A stretch of 64,000 nucleotides of DNA from Eledone cirrhosa (GCA_964016885.1 OZ024740.1:188976001-189040000), one strand, 5' to 3'. Numbered from the stretch's first letter, positions 14,937-29,411 are shown. Translations and numbers: made by a program. The notes: generated by a model from the sequence alone, not told the origin.

Positions 14937-15115
14937 ATTGTTTCTACTTTAGGCACAAGGCCAGCATTACTGTGCATTACTGGTACTTTATTTTATCAAT
15001 CCCGTAAGGATGAAAGGCAAAGTCAACCTCAGGGGATTTGAACTCAGATCGTAAAGGGGCGTAACTATGCTGGAAAGCATGGCGTCCGACCCTCTACCGA
15101 TACTGCCAATCCACT
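14935..15115 (-). mobile_element. SINE family A copy
   Basis: Reverse complement of 9617-9807. Confidence 0.85.
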
Positions 15116-15697
15116 ATAATGTGTGTGTGTGCATTCTAAGATTTTATTGTTCCATATTAAGATATAGAAATATAAAGTAGTTCTTAATACTCTTAAAATT
15201 TCTTGACAGTTTTGTATAAAGTTACAGACAACTAAGTGTGGTACATTTTTAGATGACAGTCTTAAGTCTAGTAATATAATTCTTTCTTTTTTTATTAGTT
15301 CTTTATAAATATATTTCTATCTTTACTTCTTTTTCTGTGCTTTTCATGAAAATATCTTTTAACAGACACTTCCTTCCTTATCATGGAAGATCTTGTATAG
15401 TTATCAGCATGCTAACAGTAAGGATTGATCTATCAATATTTGAGGAGCTCTTCAGTAAAAGAAACTTGCTTTATAACCTGACTGTCCGGAATTCTTTCTT
15501 TCAATGTCAATATTGAAATATGCTGGACAAAGATTCACGGGTCATATAAGACGTTATATCTTTCTAGTGTCACTTTTGTAAAAGGTAACCGATATGTTTT
15601 CTTCTATTTTTTCCATGTGAGCTAGAATAAAGGTTTGAGAAAAGAAAAGAAATCTGTATGCATTGTGTATTTGTGAATGTATAGATATTATATTACA

Positions 15698-15739
<42 letters not shown>

Positions 15740-16959
15740 CATATTATATGTATATATATATATATACATATACATATTATATATATTATATGTGTGTATA
15801 TATATATATATATTATATATATTATATGTATATATATATATACATATTATATGTATATATATTATAATAAATATATATATATATATATATATATACATAT
15901 TATATATATTATATATATATACATATTATATATATTATATGAATATATATATACATATTATATGAATATATATATACATATTATATATATTATATGAATA
16001 TAAAGGTGGCTTAGGAATACTGGGATATTTTCTCAACATAATATATATCTATATTTCTTTTAGCTGAAACAGGAAGCAATATTCAATGAAGTTTTGTTTG
16101 CATAAGAAATGACAAAAATTAGAGTAACTATCAGTTGGAAAATGGTGGTATTTACTAAGCTCTCTAAAGAACTGCTGCTGCTCTGCTGCTACTACTACTA
16201 CTACTACTACTATATTGTATTATTTGTCATCAGCTTTTATATTCTTCTACTTCATACTCTCCCTACCACTACTTATCTTCTTAAAATTTTACTTCAGTAT
16301 ATAGAAAGAATAATTCAGAGGTATATTGAACATTTAGATGGAGTTTTACAATTCAATATTTCCCATTTTCCTTTCTTCCTTTTTTTCTTCTTCATTCTGA
16401 TACTTCAGACTCAATCAACAACTGTTTTAAAAGAGCTATTCTCTGACATAAATGCCTTGAAACTTGAATAATGATTTTCTTCAAAAATTTTTCTGCTAGA
16501 ATCTAATTAATTATTTCTTTACCCTTTGAGAATCGTATTATTGTTCTATAGATTAAAGAATAGAATAAGTTTTAATAGAGTTGTATAAAGGAGTGCTTCT
16601 TAAGAGATATTACTTGTAATGAATCCTTCTTCAAAATACTGCCATTTTCAAGCTGACACTTCAACAAAGGAAAGGCATTATTTTGCCAGAATATGGCAGC
16701 AGGTACTGTCTTTGCTACCCCACTAAGGCAGCTTGTAATTTAAAATCATATCTTCATTTTCCTAAAGTAGGAATTCAAATCAGCCCAAATCAGCTTTCAC
16801 CAAACACATAGAAAATAATATTCTGATCTATTAATTTGTTTGGAGTGGCACCAAGATTCCAAGACAACATGAAAACATGTCAGTCATTCAAGCTGATATA
16901 TGATGCTAATTACAATACAAATACCTCTTCTATCTTGAATTCAAAGCCAATGTTATGAC

Positions 16960-17009
<50 letters not shown>

Positions 17010-18792
17010 CTCTCTCTCTTATAATTTGCATATACTGAAAATTGTCTGTGCCTGTATTCAAACACACATGCATACATGTATATTTGATATACAAGATTAC
17101 ACACACATATGTCTATGTAATATGTATACGTCTAACTATATACACAATCAAAGAAAGATGTATGTGTGAGTATGTATGTATGTGGGTGTATGCATGTATA
17201 TGAAGTGGACTTGCTGTGAAGAATGGGGGGGGGTCTACTCATGATGAGATGTAGGTATTCTAAAGAGATAAGATCCAAAAAGCAAGCCCAGCCATTTCAA
17301 TTGAAGTTCCTTGAGTGTATTGCCTGGGAATAAATGTTTCTTTCTGGTTTTTTTTTATTGCGTGGTCAGTTAATATGCAAAGAAGGTGGAAGGTTCTAGG
17401 GAAATTTGTGAAATTAGGTTACAATCAAATATTGGTCTGAAACTCACACATAAATGCATTTGAGTCCTGTCTGTTTGTATGTTTTTACACACAAACACAC
17501 ATTTATATATATATAAGTAAAAAACAGAAACAATAAAAAAGAGTGCAATATGAACAGTGTTGGTATTAGGTTCATGCTTGAGAGTGTGGATAGGGGGACA
17601 ACGTTTTGGGAATAAGCCCTTCATCAGGAGATGTGCATATATATATATATGCAAAGTATATATATGCTTGTCTCAGTAGGCATCACCGATGATGGGCAAA
17701 AAATCCTGAAATGTTGCATCTGTGGTTTTTGCATTGCTACTGATATGGCTGTGACTGAAAACTTAGTTGGACTTATGTATGTATATTTACATAAACATTG
17801 TCTTCACATACACATCTAGTATATACATGCTTGTATGTAAATTCTTCTTATCCTTCGCTTTCTTCATCTTTTTACCCTTGTTCTCCTTCTCATTCCCTAT
17901 AGTCCTCTGCTAAGAATAATTCTACTGTGAACTAACACAATCCAAAACTGCCATCACAAAGACCTTTCTTAAAATTACATACTCAGTACTTTATACACAC
18001 ATACACACACACACACACATATATATGTTTGTATGTATGTGTACAAATATATGCATGTGTATAGGCATTAGGAAGGGCATCCAGCCATAGAAGCCAAGCC
18101 AGAAACAGTTCTATATGTCCAAGATAGACATCTGATTGAATTTATCTCACAATGGGACCATTCTTTTTACCCATGCTAACATGGAAAAATGGATGTTAAA
18201 TGGTGATGATGGTAGTGGTGGTGGCAGTAGTAGTGGCGGCAGTAGTGGTGGCATTGTGTATGTTTGTGTGTGGTTGTGTATATATACACACGAAGCATAT
18301 ATATGCTCTGAAAATAAGTATAGGTCAAAGAATATCCATACTTAATTCAATTATATGTCTGTGGTTGATTTTGAAGAATCTTTTAGTGAAAATACAAATT
18401 TAAAAGCAATATTTCTGTCTGTTCATTCTTTAAAGAATTGAATTACAAGTAGCTGGCATTACAATTAATGTGGAACCTAAATCACTTTTGAAAAACTACA
18501 TTTTAAACTTAGGAAAGTAACATTGATAATGAGCTACAATCTTCTTTTAAACAGTTTTCATACACACAATAATATATGAATCCTCCGGTGGTTTCGATGA
18601 TGATTATTCTATTTGTTCAATCAATGGAACCACTCATTGAATTATAATGTAAGTAGTGTCTGGTTATACCACATGCACTTACTTGTATCTTTAATGTAGT
18701 CCTCAAGCAGAATCATGACAGCATGTGTAACATGACTGGCCCTTTAAATGGCAGGTAAAATGTGCCTATGTATGATTGTATGTATATATATT

Positions 18793-18854
<62 letters not shown>

Positions 18855-20188
18855 TAGACACACACCCGTGTATATGTGTATTCATACACGTAGAGAGAAT
18901 AGTTATCATATTATGGTGTAAGCGGCTGAGTATTCCACAGACACTTAATACCCTTCACATGTGACAGGTCTGATCATTTGATTCACAGATTCAGTGATTC
19001 TGCCATGGCTTGGATAAACTCAGGGCTGTTGTAAAAGACACTCAAGGATCTATGCCTCATGTTTGAACTTTTCAATATTTTAAATTTGTGTTTCTATGCT
19101 TCAATTAGAGGGATACCTTTGGTTTATTTGTTGGAAAAATGTTTACAGTTGAATTTACTTCCCACAGTTAAGTATTAAACAATTAGTTGTAGAAGCTCCT
19201 GCATCTTCAAACAGCCAAAGTGCTCCAATGACCAAGGTCAGTTTATCAATATATCATTCCAAATTTTGTTGACAGGTTTCAGGTCTCTGTCAATTGTCCT
19301 CTTCACCTCTTCACCATGGAGATACCAATACAGGACCTGATTAGCATGAGTCTCACATTAGAATTAGAGAACCATATTTCAATAGACAGTCAGCATTCTA
19401 TAGGATGTAGTTGGTTATGATGTGGCACATGGCATGGAGTAACATATATATATAAATGTCTCAGCAATGGATTTGTTTTTCTTTAATGGATCAATTTGGT
19501 GGTTTCAAGGTCAACTTTGCCTTTCATCCTTTCGAGATAGATAAAAAGTATCAGTGTAGCACTGGGTTTGATTCTTCCTCAATATCTCCTCATTTCCTCT
19601 CTCTCACTTTCTTTTGTTCTTTGAAAGAAATCTTCTGTGTTCAAACATGGAGAGGGATTGGCTTTGCCAGTTTAAAATGCCCAAGAAACAATGCATGGCA
19701 CTAGAGTGCGCCTACTATTTTATCAGCAGTTATGGAACCTCACCATACCATGTCATCACTCAATCTGCTAGGAATAAGTGCATAATCACCCTCATATCAC
19801 ACCCAACTACAATAAAAAATAACTGGATATACAGGATCATGTAGTCCACAGAAACGCACTGCTCCCACCCATAACAAGTAATAATAATTTTTCATTCATA
19901 GACACAAGGCCACAAATTGATGATAGGATCCATGCACTCTATTGAATTGAATACTGGCACTATGTTTTATCGATTTGAAAGGATAAAAATTAATGTTAAC
20001 ATCCATAGAATTCGAACTCACAACACAATAAGAGACAACTAAACAGGTCAGCACAGTGATATTTTTAGCATTCTCTAGTTACTAAAAGCAATAATAAATG
20101 AAACAAGTGTTTCACTCACATCAAGCTCATCTATTTTCACTGGCTGTAAACTGCATACACACACACAAATGCACACACGCACACATAC

Positions 20189-20221
<33 letters not shown>

Positions 20222-20224
<3 letters not shown>

Positions 20225-20515
20225 CATCATCATCATTTTACGTCCACTTTCCTCTGCTTGCAAGAGTGGGATGGGTTCTATTCAGCACAGCATCTCTTCA
20301 CTTGTCACAGTCCTTCATCATCTCCTCCACGAGCTTCAGCGATCTAAGATCAGCTCTCACCACCTCCACCCATGTTTTTTTGTGGTCTTCCTTCTACTGG
20401 GGATTTATTGACAATTCTTTACCCAGCAGTCATCCTCCATGCGCATCACATGTCCATACCAATGCAGTCTTCTCTCCCGCACGCTACAACTTATCCCTCT
20501 TATACACAGCTTCTC
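20222..20515 (-). mobile_element. RTE LINE 3' fragment with internal deletion and (GAT)n tail
   Basis: Minus strand [36 protein letters not shown]; homologous to 29753-30060. Confidence 0.85.
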
Positions 20516-20828
20516 ATACATATATGTATGCATATATATATGTATGCATATATATGTATATATATGTATGCATATATGTATATATGTATGTATATGTATA
20601 TATATGTGTGTATGTATATATATATATGTATGCATTTATATATATATGTATATAGTAATAAGAATATTTATATTTATATATGTTTCATATAACTATAAAT
20701 ATGTAGGGTAGTACTAAGTACTAACCAGTTACCGGTATGACAAAAGGCTCAATGCAAATTTTCAAGTGTTTTACAGAGCCGAGATAGAAAGTGTTAAAAT
20801 GATCAAATGTTAGTTTAGAACATTTATT

Positions 20829-20875
20829 TGCTGACAATTGTTTCTTCCAGATGGAAGTCTGGAATCATCGGAGCA
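20829..20875 (-). ncRNA. Candidate minimal type I hammerhead ribozyme (U4C core)
   Basis: Minus strand TGCT CCGATGA TTCCAGA cttcca TCTGGAA GAAAC AATT GTC AGCA. Confidence 0.7.
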
Positions 20876-21576
20876 TAGGAATGTCGAAACATGTTACTAA
20901 AATCCTAGTCATTTAGAACATTTAGAGTACATAATTGTTATTAGTGTCAAAGCCATCATGTGGAGAGTCAGGAGTTAACAATATGTTCTGCTTGAAAGAA
21001 CACAATTACAGGCAGCACTGGTTGGAAGTGTAATAGGTATAAGTAAAAAGCACAAGCAAAAAAATCACAAGCAAAAACAAAAGCAAAAAAACACAGGCAA
21101 AAAAAGTTATAAGCAAGGACAATTGGTGTACAATGCAGGAGTCAATACAGTCAATCAGGCATGTATGAGGAAAGAGTTATAATGCAGTTGAAATAAACGT
21201 ATTTTGTGTGGGACGTTAAAGCATGTTATAATTGTTATAAATGTTTAAGATAGTGTGCAATTTGTTAGAGGGGCATGTGGTGATAATGTAGGTATTTGTT
21301 ATGTAAGGTGTAATGCAAAGCTCATGATAGAGTTGTGTATGTGATTTTCATTTAAGTCTTTTTGTGTTGTAGTTCGTATGTACATGTGTGTGTCGTTTGT
21401 TACTCACAGCTATTAACCATGGGATTGTTTTAAGTCGTTTATAGTCAATAGGTGTTTTGTTTGTCAAATGCAAATTTCGCCGACTCTCCACATGATGCCT
21501 TTGACACTAATAATAATTATGTACCCTAAATGTTCTGAATGACTAGGATTTTAGTACCATGTTTCGACATTCCTTA

Positions 21577-21623
21577 TGCTCCGATGATTCCAGATTTCCC
21601 TCTGGAAGAAACAATTGTCAGCA
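21577..21623 (+). ncRNA. Candidate minimal type I hammerhead ribozyme (U4C core)
   Basis: TGCT CCGATGA TTCCAGA tttccc TCTGGAA GAAAC AATT GTC AGCA: stem I TGCT/AGCA, 7-bp stem II, palindromic loop III, GUC cleavage triplet. Confidence 0.72.
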
Positions 21624-21743
21624 AATAAATGTTCTAAACTAAAATTTGATCGTTTTAACACTTTGTATGTATGTATATATATATATATATATATATTTGT
21701 ATCAATATGTATCAATATATCAATATATATATATATATATATG

Positions 21744-21806
<63 letters not shown>

Positions 21807-22404
21807 AGAGTCTATTGAGAGAATCTATTTTACTGAAAATATCGAATAATGTACACCATTTCACCAGCACGACAAAAATAATTACTGGTCCACCCCCCCA
21901 CACACACACACACACGTGTTTGCGCACACACGCACATATATACACACACACATACACACGCGTACATTAACATACAAAGAGACACACACACACACACACA
22001 CACACACTTCTCCGTATAAGACAAGAGGTGAAAAATATCTTTTAACATGTTAAAATATCCCCCACACACTTACAGACACATTCCTACTGCCCATCCCTCT
22101 ACCACGAATTACTCTGCTACACACACACACACTTGTCTTAATAGGCATTTGAACTGTCAACAGGCTGCGGTTCGCACACACATCCCTGCTGAACCATTCT
22201 CACGACAACGAACCTCTTTACTACTACTACACACACACACATATTTGTTTCGAAAGACTTATTTCTCAGTGACTTCTCAATCAGCCGACACAAACCTACA
22301 TTTGGCGCAAAATCAATTTTTAACATTCACATGACCTCTACCGACCAATCAAAATTGTTTTGACCACAAGAATTTTTGCAACACGAATTGGCGCAAAACT
22401 TATT

Positions 22405-22657
22405 TTAATACTGCTGGAGCCACTTTTTTAACATAAAAACAGGTAGAATTCCCAAAACTAATCAGATTAGAGCAAACATCACGGACGCTCTATCTCAAAA
22501 TTATTTTTGAAAAGCATTAGAAATGCGTAACCGGTAAAACTTAAAACCAAAACTGAATACTAACCAATACTATTACTAATTCACACTTATTACTAATTAA
22601 ACTATTTTTCACTGTGAACAATTTGTCAGCATTTTCTTTTCCGTTTACCAACATATA
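22405..22657 (+). repeat. Dispersed pseudo-LTR-like repeat with hammerhead-like motif 22504-22539
   Basis: Reverse complement of 2280-2540; TTT TTGAAAA GCAT TAGAA ATGC GTAA CCGG TA AAA. Confidence 0.65.
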
Positions 22658-22915
22658 TAAATATATACATATATATATGTATATGTATATACATATATAT
22701 ATATATATACATATATATATATGTATATGTATATACATATATATATATATATACATATATATATGTATATGTATATACATATATATATATATATATACAT
22801 ATATATATGTATATGTATATACATATATATATATATATACATATATATATGTATATGTATATACATATATATATATATATATATATACATATATATATGT
22901 ATATGTATATACATA

Positions 22916-22969
<54 letters not shown>

Positions 22970-23055
22970 CATATTTATAAATATATATATATATACATAT
23001 ACATATATATATACATATATATATGTATATACATATATATATACATATATATATG

Positions 23056-23101
<46 letters not shown>

Positions 23102-23198
23102 TATATGTATACATATATATATGTATATACATATATATATATATATATACATATATATATAGTTATACATATTTATAAATATATATATATATATATAT
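22658..23198. repeat. (TA)n/(CATATA)n microsatellite
   Basis: Directly visible. Confidence 0.95.
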
Positions 23199-23200
23199 CA

Positions 23201-23810
23201 CAGGAAACAAGTACCACCAATCTCTGGGAGGGCTCTGTAGAAACAGTAGACAGCTTCTGCTACCTAGGTGACTGAATTAGCAGTGGGAGTGGGTGTTCAG
23301 AAAGTACAATAACTAGGGTAAGAACGGGATGGACGAAGTTCAGGGAACTACTGCCACTGCTAGCTGCAAAAGGCTTTTCCCTCAAAATGAAAGGCAGACT
23401 GTATGATGCATGTATACGAACAACAATGTTACATGGTAGTGAGACCTGGGCGCTAAAGGTGGAAGACTTATGTAGATTAGAAAGAAACAAAGCCTACATG
23501 CTCCGGTGTATGTGTAATACATGAACGGCAAAGTATAAATGAATTGAGAGAGAGACTGAGCATAAGAGGAATCAAATGCTGTGTGCAGGAGAGGCAGTTG
23601 CGTCGGTATAGACATGTGATAGATATGAAGGATGGCAGTTGCATAAAAAGGTGCAGAGCACTAGAAGTCAATGGAAACCGCGGAGTCGGGAGACCCAAGG
23701 AGACCTGGGATGAGGTGATAAAAGCCGACCTTACCCAATTACACCTCTCAAAGGCGATGACACATGACCGTGACCTCTGGCGTCACACAGTAATACTGAG
23801 TACCTGACCT
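23201..23810 (+). mobile_element. RTE LINE 3' fragment (stops and frameshifts)
   Basis: [17 protein letters not shown] ... RERLSIRGIKCCVQERQLRRYRHV...GRPKETWDEVIKADL; same subfamily as 18-553. Confidence 0.9.
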
Positions 23811-23864
23811 CCCATGGGTACAAGCCGAAGCTGAAGCATATAGACAATATGCCCCACACCCTCC

Positions 23865-24137
23865 CACTGCAAATTGGTCGTGGAGGTGCCGTGGCAAAAA
23901 AGCACCCAGCCCACACTGTAAAGTGGACGTGTAGGCGCCACAGGAAAAAAGCACCCAGCACTCACTGTAAATGAGGTTGGTGTTAGGAAGGGCATCCAGC
24001 TGTAGAAATCAAGCCAAAATCAGTTCCTGTATGAGCAAGACAAGGTCCGCCGACCAGACACTGCCCACAACAGAACAACCCGTCTAACCCATGCTAGCGT
24101 GGAAGAACGGACGTAAAATGGTGATGATGATGATGAT
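23865..24137 (+). mobile_element. RTE-related SINE body and tail
   Basis: CCACTGCAAA..AAAAAAGCACCCAGC..GGTGTTAGGAAGGGCATCC..GGACGTAAAATGGTGATGAT, as in SINE family B. Confidence 0.8.
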
Positions 24138-24525
24138 GTGTGTATACATAAATATACACATATATATATATCAAGCGTGAAACTAATATTAACTTTTGTA
24201 GTGCCTCTTCGCTTCCACGTTTTTTTGTTTTTTGTTTTTTTTGTTCTCTGTCTCGACTTAAAAAAATATATATAATTATACATATTTATAAATATATATA
24301 TATATATAAATATACATATATATATAAATATATATATATATATATGTGTGTGTGTATGATAATGATGATGATATACACACATATATATGTGTGTGTGTAT
24401 GATAATGATGATGATATACACACATATATATAAATATACATTTATAAATATATATTTTTAGATATATATACATATATATATGTGTACATATATATATATA
24501 TATATATCTATATATATAGATATAA

Positions 24526-24567
<42 letters not shown>

Positions 24568-25032
24568 ATAATAATAATAATAATAATAATTGTTTCTACT
24601 TTAGGCACAAGGCCAACAATTACCCAGTACATTACTGGTAATAATAATAATAGTAATAATAATAAATTTGAAGACTAAACTCCAAAGAGGGCTCGATAAG
24701 CATATATCAAATATATAAGAACCGTAGTGCAAATATATATATAAATATATATATAAATATATCTAAATATATATATATATAAATATATATATAACGAAGG
24801 AGTTGTGGTAAGGAACCAGATGGACAATAATACACCAGAATACTCAATATTTATGGTAGTAGAGTGGGGTCATACATTTTCCTATAAATATATATAACTA
24901 TACATATATATATAAATGTGTATATATATATATATAAATATACATACATACATATATATATATATATAGAGATATAACAATGTATATATATATATATATA
25001 AATAGATATAACTATATAAATATATATATATG

Positions 25033-25096
<64 letters not shown>

Positions 25097-25280
25097 GTAT
25101 TAAGGATACTATTTATGGTTATGTATATAATAAAACCTTATATAGTTATATATATTTTAAACCCTAAATAGTGAAAGACAGTAATTCATTACTATCTTAT
25201 TATCAGTAAGATAAATAGCTCAATGTAATAACATCTCTTGTGTTGAAAAGGAGGTCAAGTATGTAAAAATCACTAAATAG

Positions 25281-25329
25281 TTGCTCTGAAGAAACCAAAC
25301 ATCGGTTTGGAGGAAGCAATTGTAAGCAA
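25281..25329 (+). ncRNA. Candidate minimal hammerhead ribozyme (degenerate copy)
   Basis: TTGCT CTGAAGA aa CCAAAC atcg GTTTGG ag GAAGC AATT GTA AGCAA; 5-bp stem I; partner copy at 28225-28273. Confidence 0.6.
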
Positions 25330-25455
25330 ATAAATGATTTAAACTGAACTTTGATTCATGTAATTTCTATATATATATATATATAAATATATTTATATAT
25401 ATAGGCAAAATAATTAATGAAAGAGTTACAAGCTGTTAAATCATATCTTTATACA

Positions 25456-25495
25456 GCTCTGACACATGTTTCGCCCAATGGGGCTCGTCTGAGGC
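25456..25495 (-). ncRNA. Candidate minimal hammerhead ribozyme (U4A, weak stem I)
   Basis: Minus strand CAGACGA GCCC catt GGGC GAAAC ATGT GTC. Confidence 0.5.
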
Positions 25496-25954
25496 AGATA
25501 TTAAGGCAAAGTTTTAATTATATACCCTATTCGGGTAAAATAAGAATTTTACATCACAGTGCTTATTAAATATACATGGTGAAGTACAAAACACGGTGGG
25601 AAGAGATTAGTATGCTAAGCGGAGTAATTACCGGTGCTAGTGAAACATTACTTCTCTAAATAATGACCACTGCTAGCTATGTAAAAAGTTTTATTTAATT
25701 ATTTAAAAGGAATTAACATAAGTAGTGTTAGTCAACTCAGTAGCTGATTTTCCTGAAATTTCAAAGCATATTATGAACATAAAAAAATTTTAATTTCTTG
25801 ATCCCCTAGATGAAAACCTGCATTTTTCCAGCCTCATCGAGGAAAATCTGAAAGATTATCCACCCATCAGAGTGTTCGGTTTATTTTCTTTACATATTGT
25901 CCAGGCATGCACTTTTTCCACGATTAGGTCTGTTGGCGGCCCGCGTTCCAAAAT

Positions 25955-25988
25955 AACTTATCCCGTGCAACGCCAGGTACCACTGCTA

Positions 25989-25989
<1 letters not shown>
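25955..25989 (+). mobile_element. Helitron-type 3' terminus
   Basis: CCCGTGCAACGCCAGGTA subterminal hairpin-like motif followed by CTGCTAG|T; 5' end not identified. Confidence 0.55.
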
Positions 25990-26049
<60 letters not shown>

Positions 26050-26050
<1 letters not shown>

Positions 26051-26400
26051 TTATTAAAATAACAGATTAAAGTTTAAGCAAAGAATCGCTGCTTTCACCC
26101 TTAACGGGATCTTCTGAAACTAACAAAGTCAATCTGTAAACGCAGAACTGGATACTTCAAAAAACGTTGCAACCGGAGGAAGACAGGAAGACGATACTTT
26201 GGTACGTGGAAACGTTCGCTGGCAAAGAATGGGAAAAAACGAAGATAATAAGTCATATGTGGAGCGTGGAGAACAATAGCACTCAAAGACAAAACCATGT
26301 AAATGGTATAGCAGAAGCCGTAGACTAAAATTCTAACTAGGAGACCAAATGAATCTCCGCTACAGAGTTAAGAACAAAGTAAATAAATACAATACAGAGG
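26050..26400 (+). repeat. Dispersed repeat family X copy
   Basis: Homologous to 9206-9412 and reverse complement of 10255-10752. Confidence 0.85.
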
Positions 26401-26436
26401 TAATATATTTATATATTTCATTTATATATATATATC

Positions 26437-26499
<63 letters not shown>

Positions 26500-26502
26500 T
26501 TC

Positions 26503-26533
<31 letters not shown>

Positions 26534-26534
26534 C

Positions 26535-26578
<44 letters not shown>

Positions 26579-26583
26579 ATATT

Positions 26584-26614
<31 letters not shown>

Positions 26615-26620
26615 ATATTT

Positions 26621-26669
<49 letters not shown>

Positions 26670-26709
26670 TGTATATATATATATATATATATATACATAT
26701 ATGTATATA

Positions 26710-27976
26710 CAGGGTGCGGATGATATTTGTTCGTAAGATTACTGTCTCGGAAAAAATAAGACAGTAGTTTTATTTTTTAAGATATATTTATTAAACTTGG
26801 GTCAGTTTGTCTACATGACTTGTTCTTTCGATCTCACTCGATAAACCTGCCATTGGCTTTGATGATGGCCTCAAGGCGGCCTAGGAACCGGCTACAGGCC
26901 TTCGTCACTGTCCCCTGGCACTTGTGATCTTGGCCTTCAGATCGTCTATCGTATTGCAGCTAGATCTATTGGTGTCTCGTTCCACTGCGCCCCACACAAA
27001 TAAGTCAATGGGTTTGCAGTCAGGGAAACTGGGAGACAAGATGTCAGGTGAAGTGTGGTCGACGAAGTTCTCTGAGAGCCAGACTTGGGTCTTTTGGCTG
27101 GTATGGCAAGGTGCTGAGTCTTGCTGCCACACGTACGGCCTACCTACAGCTACCTGGTCGATCCAGGGCTTTACTACCTCGCTCAGAACGTGGATGTAGC
27201 CATCGGAGTTCAGCTTGAGGCCCTCAAGGAAGAAGTAGGTGGCATTACGTCACCTTGACTGTTGACGACACCTAAGGCCAATGTTGTCACTGGAAACTTT
27301 GTCTGAATGACTCTGGGCACGTCTTTGGATGAGACAGCGAGCCACCTGTTGTTTGGGAGTTGATCTTCTGGTCTTAGGCAGAAGTTTTTCTCGTCGGAGA
27401 AAAACCACAGCATGCCTGGCTCCAGTGGGTGTTTCAACTTGTTGATCAGCTTCTTTGCATGCTTCAGTCGCTTTTCTTGCATCGCCTTTGACAGAAATTG
27501 TCCTTCCCTGATCTTGTATGAAATGTAGCGAATGTCTTCATATACCCCCAGCCTAATGAGCTTTTCATCCATGCCTTTCTCCCTTGCAATGGCACGCATC
27601 GACTTGCTAGGTTCAGTGATGAACTCGGGCGTTCTGAAGGCGACAAATCGTAGATCATGTGTTTTCCTCTCTGATGTTACTTCGTAGTCGAATCCTGAAT
27701 CTTCCAGTTCCTTTCTGACCTTTTCCACCATTCTCCTGCTGACGCTGAGAAAGTCTGAAATTTCCTTATTTGTCCTCCCGGCGTTGATTCCAAGAAGAAC
27801 TCCGTGTCTCTTCCACGAATTTGGAAGTTCAAAATTATTTATAATCAATTATTTGGAAAATAAATAATAGAAATATAGTCACTGTTTTTATGAAGATAAG
27901 ATTGACAACGGAAGTAAAAAAACTTTGCATAAAATTTAGCAGTTGAAAATTGCGAACAAATATCGTCCACACCCTG
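26710..27976 (-). mobile_element. Full-length Tc1/mariner transposon, DD37D (maT-type), frameshifted transposase
   Basis: 27-bp TIRs CAGGGTGYGGAYGATATTTGTTCGYAA at 26710-26736 and 27950-27976, TA on both sides. Minus-strand motifs WFFSDEKNF, WQQDSAPCH, PDCKPID with 37 residues between the 2nd and 3rd Asp. Confidence 0.95.
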
Positions 27977-28224
27977 TATATATATACATATATGCATATA
28001 TATATATATACATATATGTATATGCATATATATATATATGCATATATATATATATATGCATATATGTATATATATGTATATAACTTTGATAGGTTTTGGC
28101 CAGTATTGGCCCAGGCCATGTCTAACTTAATAGCAGCACCTGGCGAAGTCTTACCATGTATAAATATATTTATATATATACATATAGAAATTACATGAAT
28201 CAAAGTTCTGTTTAAATCATTTAT

Positions 28225-28273
28225 TTGCTTACAATTGTTTCTTCCAAACCGAGGTTTGGAGTCTTCGGAGCAA
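28225..28273 (-). ncRNA. Candidate minimal hammerhead ribozyme (U4C core)
   Basis: Minus strand TTGCT CCGAAGA c TCCAAAC ctcg GTTTGGA a GAAAC AATT GTA AGCAA. Confidence 0.65.
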
Positions 28274-29017
28274 TTATTCAGTGATTTTTTACATACTTGA
28301 CCTCCTTTTCAACACAAGAGACATATAGAAACATATGTATATATTGACCCACAGATGGTTTGACATCGATTATAATAATATAGCATGGCAATTTACATAC
28401 AAAGATTACAGTCATATTAAAGGACAAAATTAAAGTTAAAAATTAAAATTAAAATAAAACATTGGCAGTTTACGAAGATAAAGCAAGAGGAAAGTTTGGA
28501 GTAGCCAGTGTATGTAACAGTCACACGTGAGGCATGCACGCGTGTCCTATTTATACAAGATTATAGTGCGGCAGATTGTTACATGTAAAACAAGCAGTCA
28601 AAGCAGGCAATCAAGAGCATCATGGGGGCTATAAGGTAAAGCATTTTTCACACACACCTGTACGATATAGAAGCCCGTGTGTAGAGAAACATCAAAAATA
28701 TCAAAAATATTACAAATGAGAAGCAAAACAGCACCACTGTCCTCGCACACACCACCACTCTCACAATCCAGGAAACGCAATTTATAGACTACATGTCCAT
28801 CACACAATCCACGATGATTCAACATTGGGTGCCTGGTGAACGATGTTAGAACATCACAGCTTGTCGTTCTCTAATTCGATTCTATAGAGAAGGTTGTTTT
28901 TGTTGAGAGTTGACTGGTAATAAGATAGTAATAAATTACTGTCTTTCACTATTTAGGGTTTAAAATATATATAAAAGGTTTTAGTATATACATAACCATA
29001 AATAGTATCCTTAATAC

Positions 29018-29019
<2 letters not shown>

Positions 29020-29051
<32 letters not shown>

Positions 29052-29115
29052 CATATATGTATATATATATAGATATATATACATATATGTATATATATAT
29101 ATAGATATATATACA

Positions 29116-29179
<64 letters not shown>

Positions 29180-29233
29180 TGTATATATATATAAATACAT
29201 GTGTGTATATATAGATATATAGATATATACACA

Positions 29234-29291
<58 letters not shown>

Positions 29292-29360
29292 TATAGAAAT
29301 ATACATATATGTATATATATATATATATACATATGTGTATATATATATATATGTATATAC

Positions 29361-29411
<51 letters not shown>

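Larger units (their letters stand above)
20788..21664. repeat. Inverted repeat (arms ~20788-20971 / ~21480-21664), pseudo-LTR-like
   Basis: Arms are reverse complements with scattered mismatches; each carries a hammerhead motif. Confidence 0.88.
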
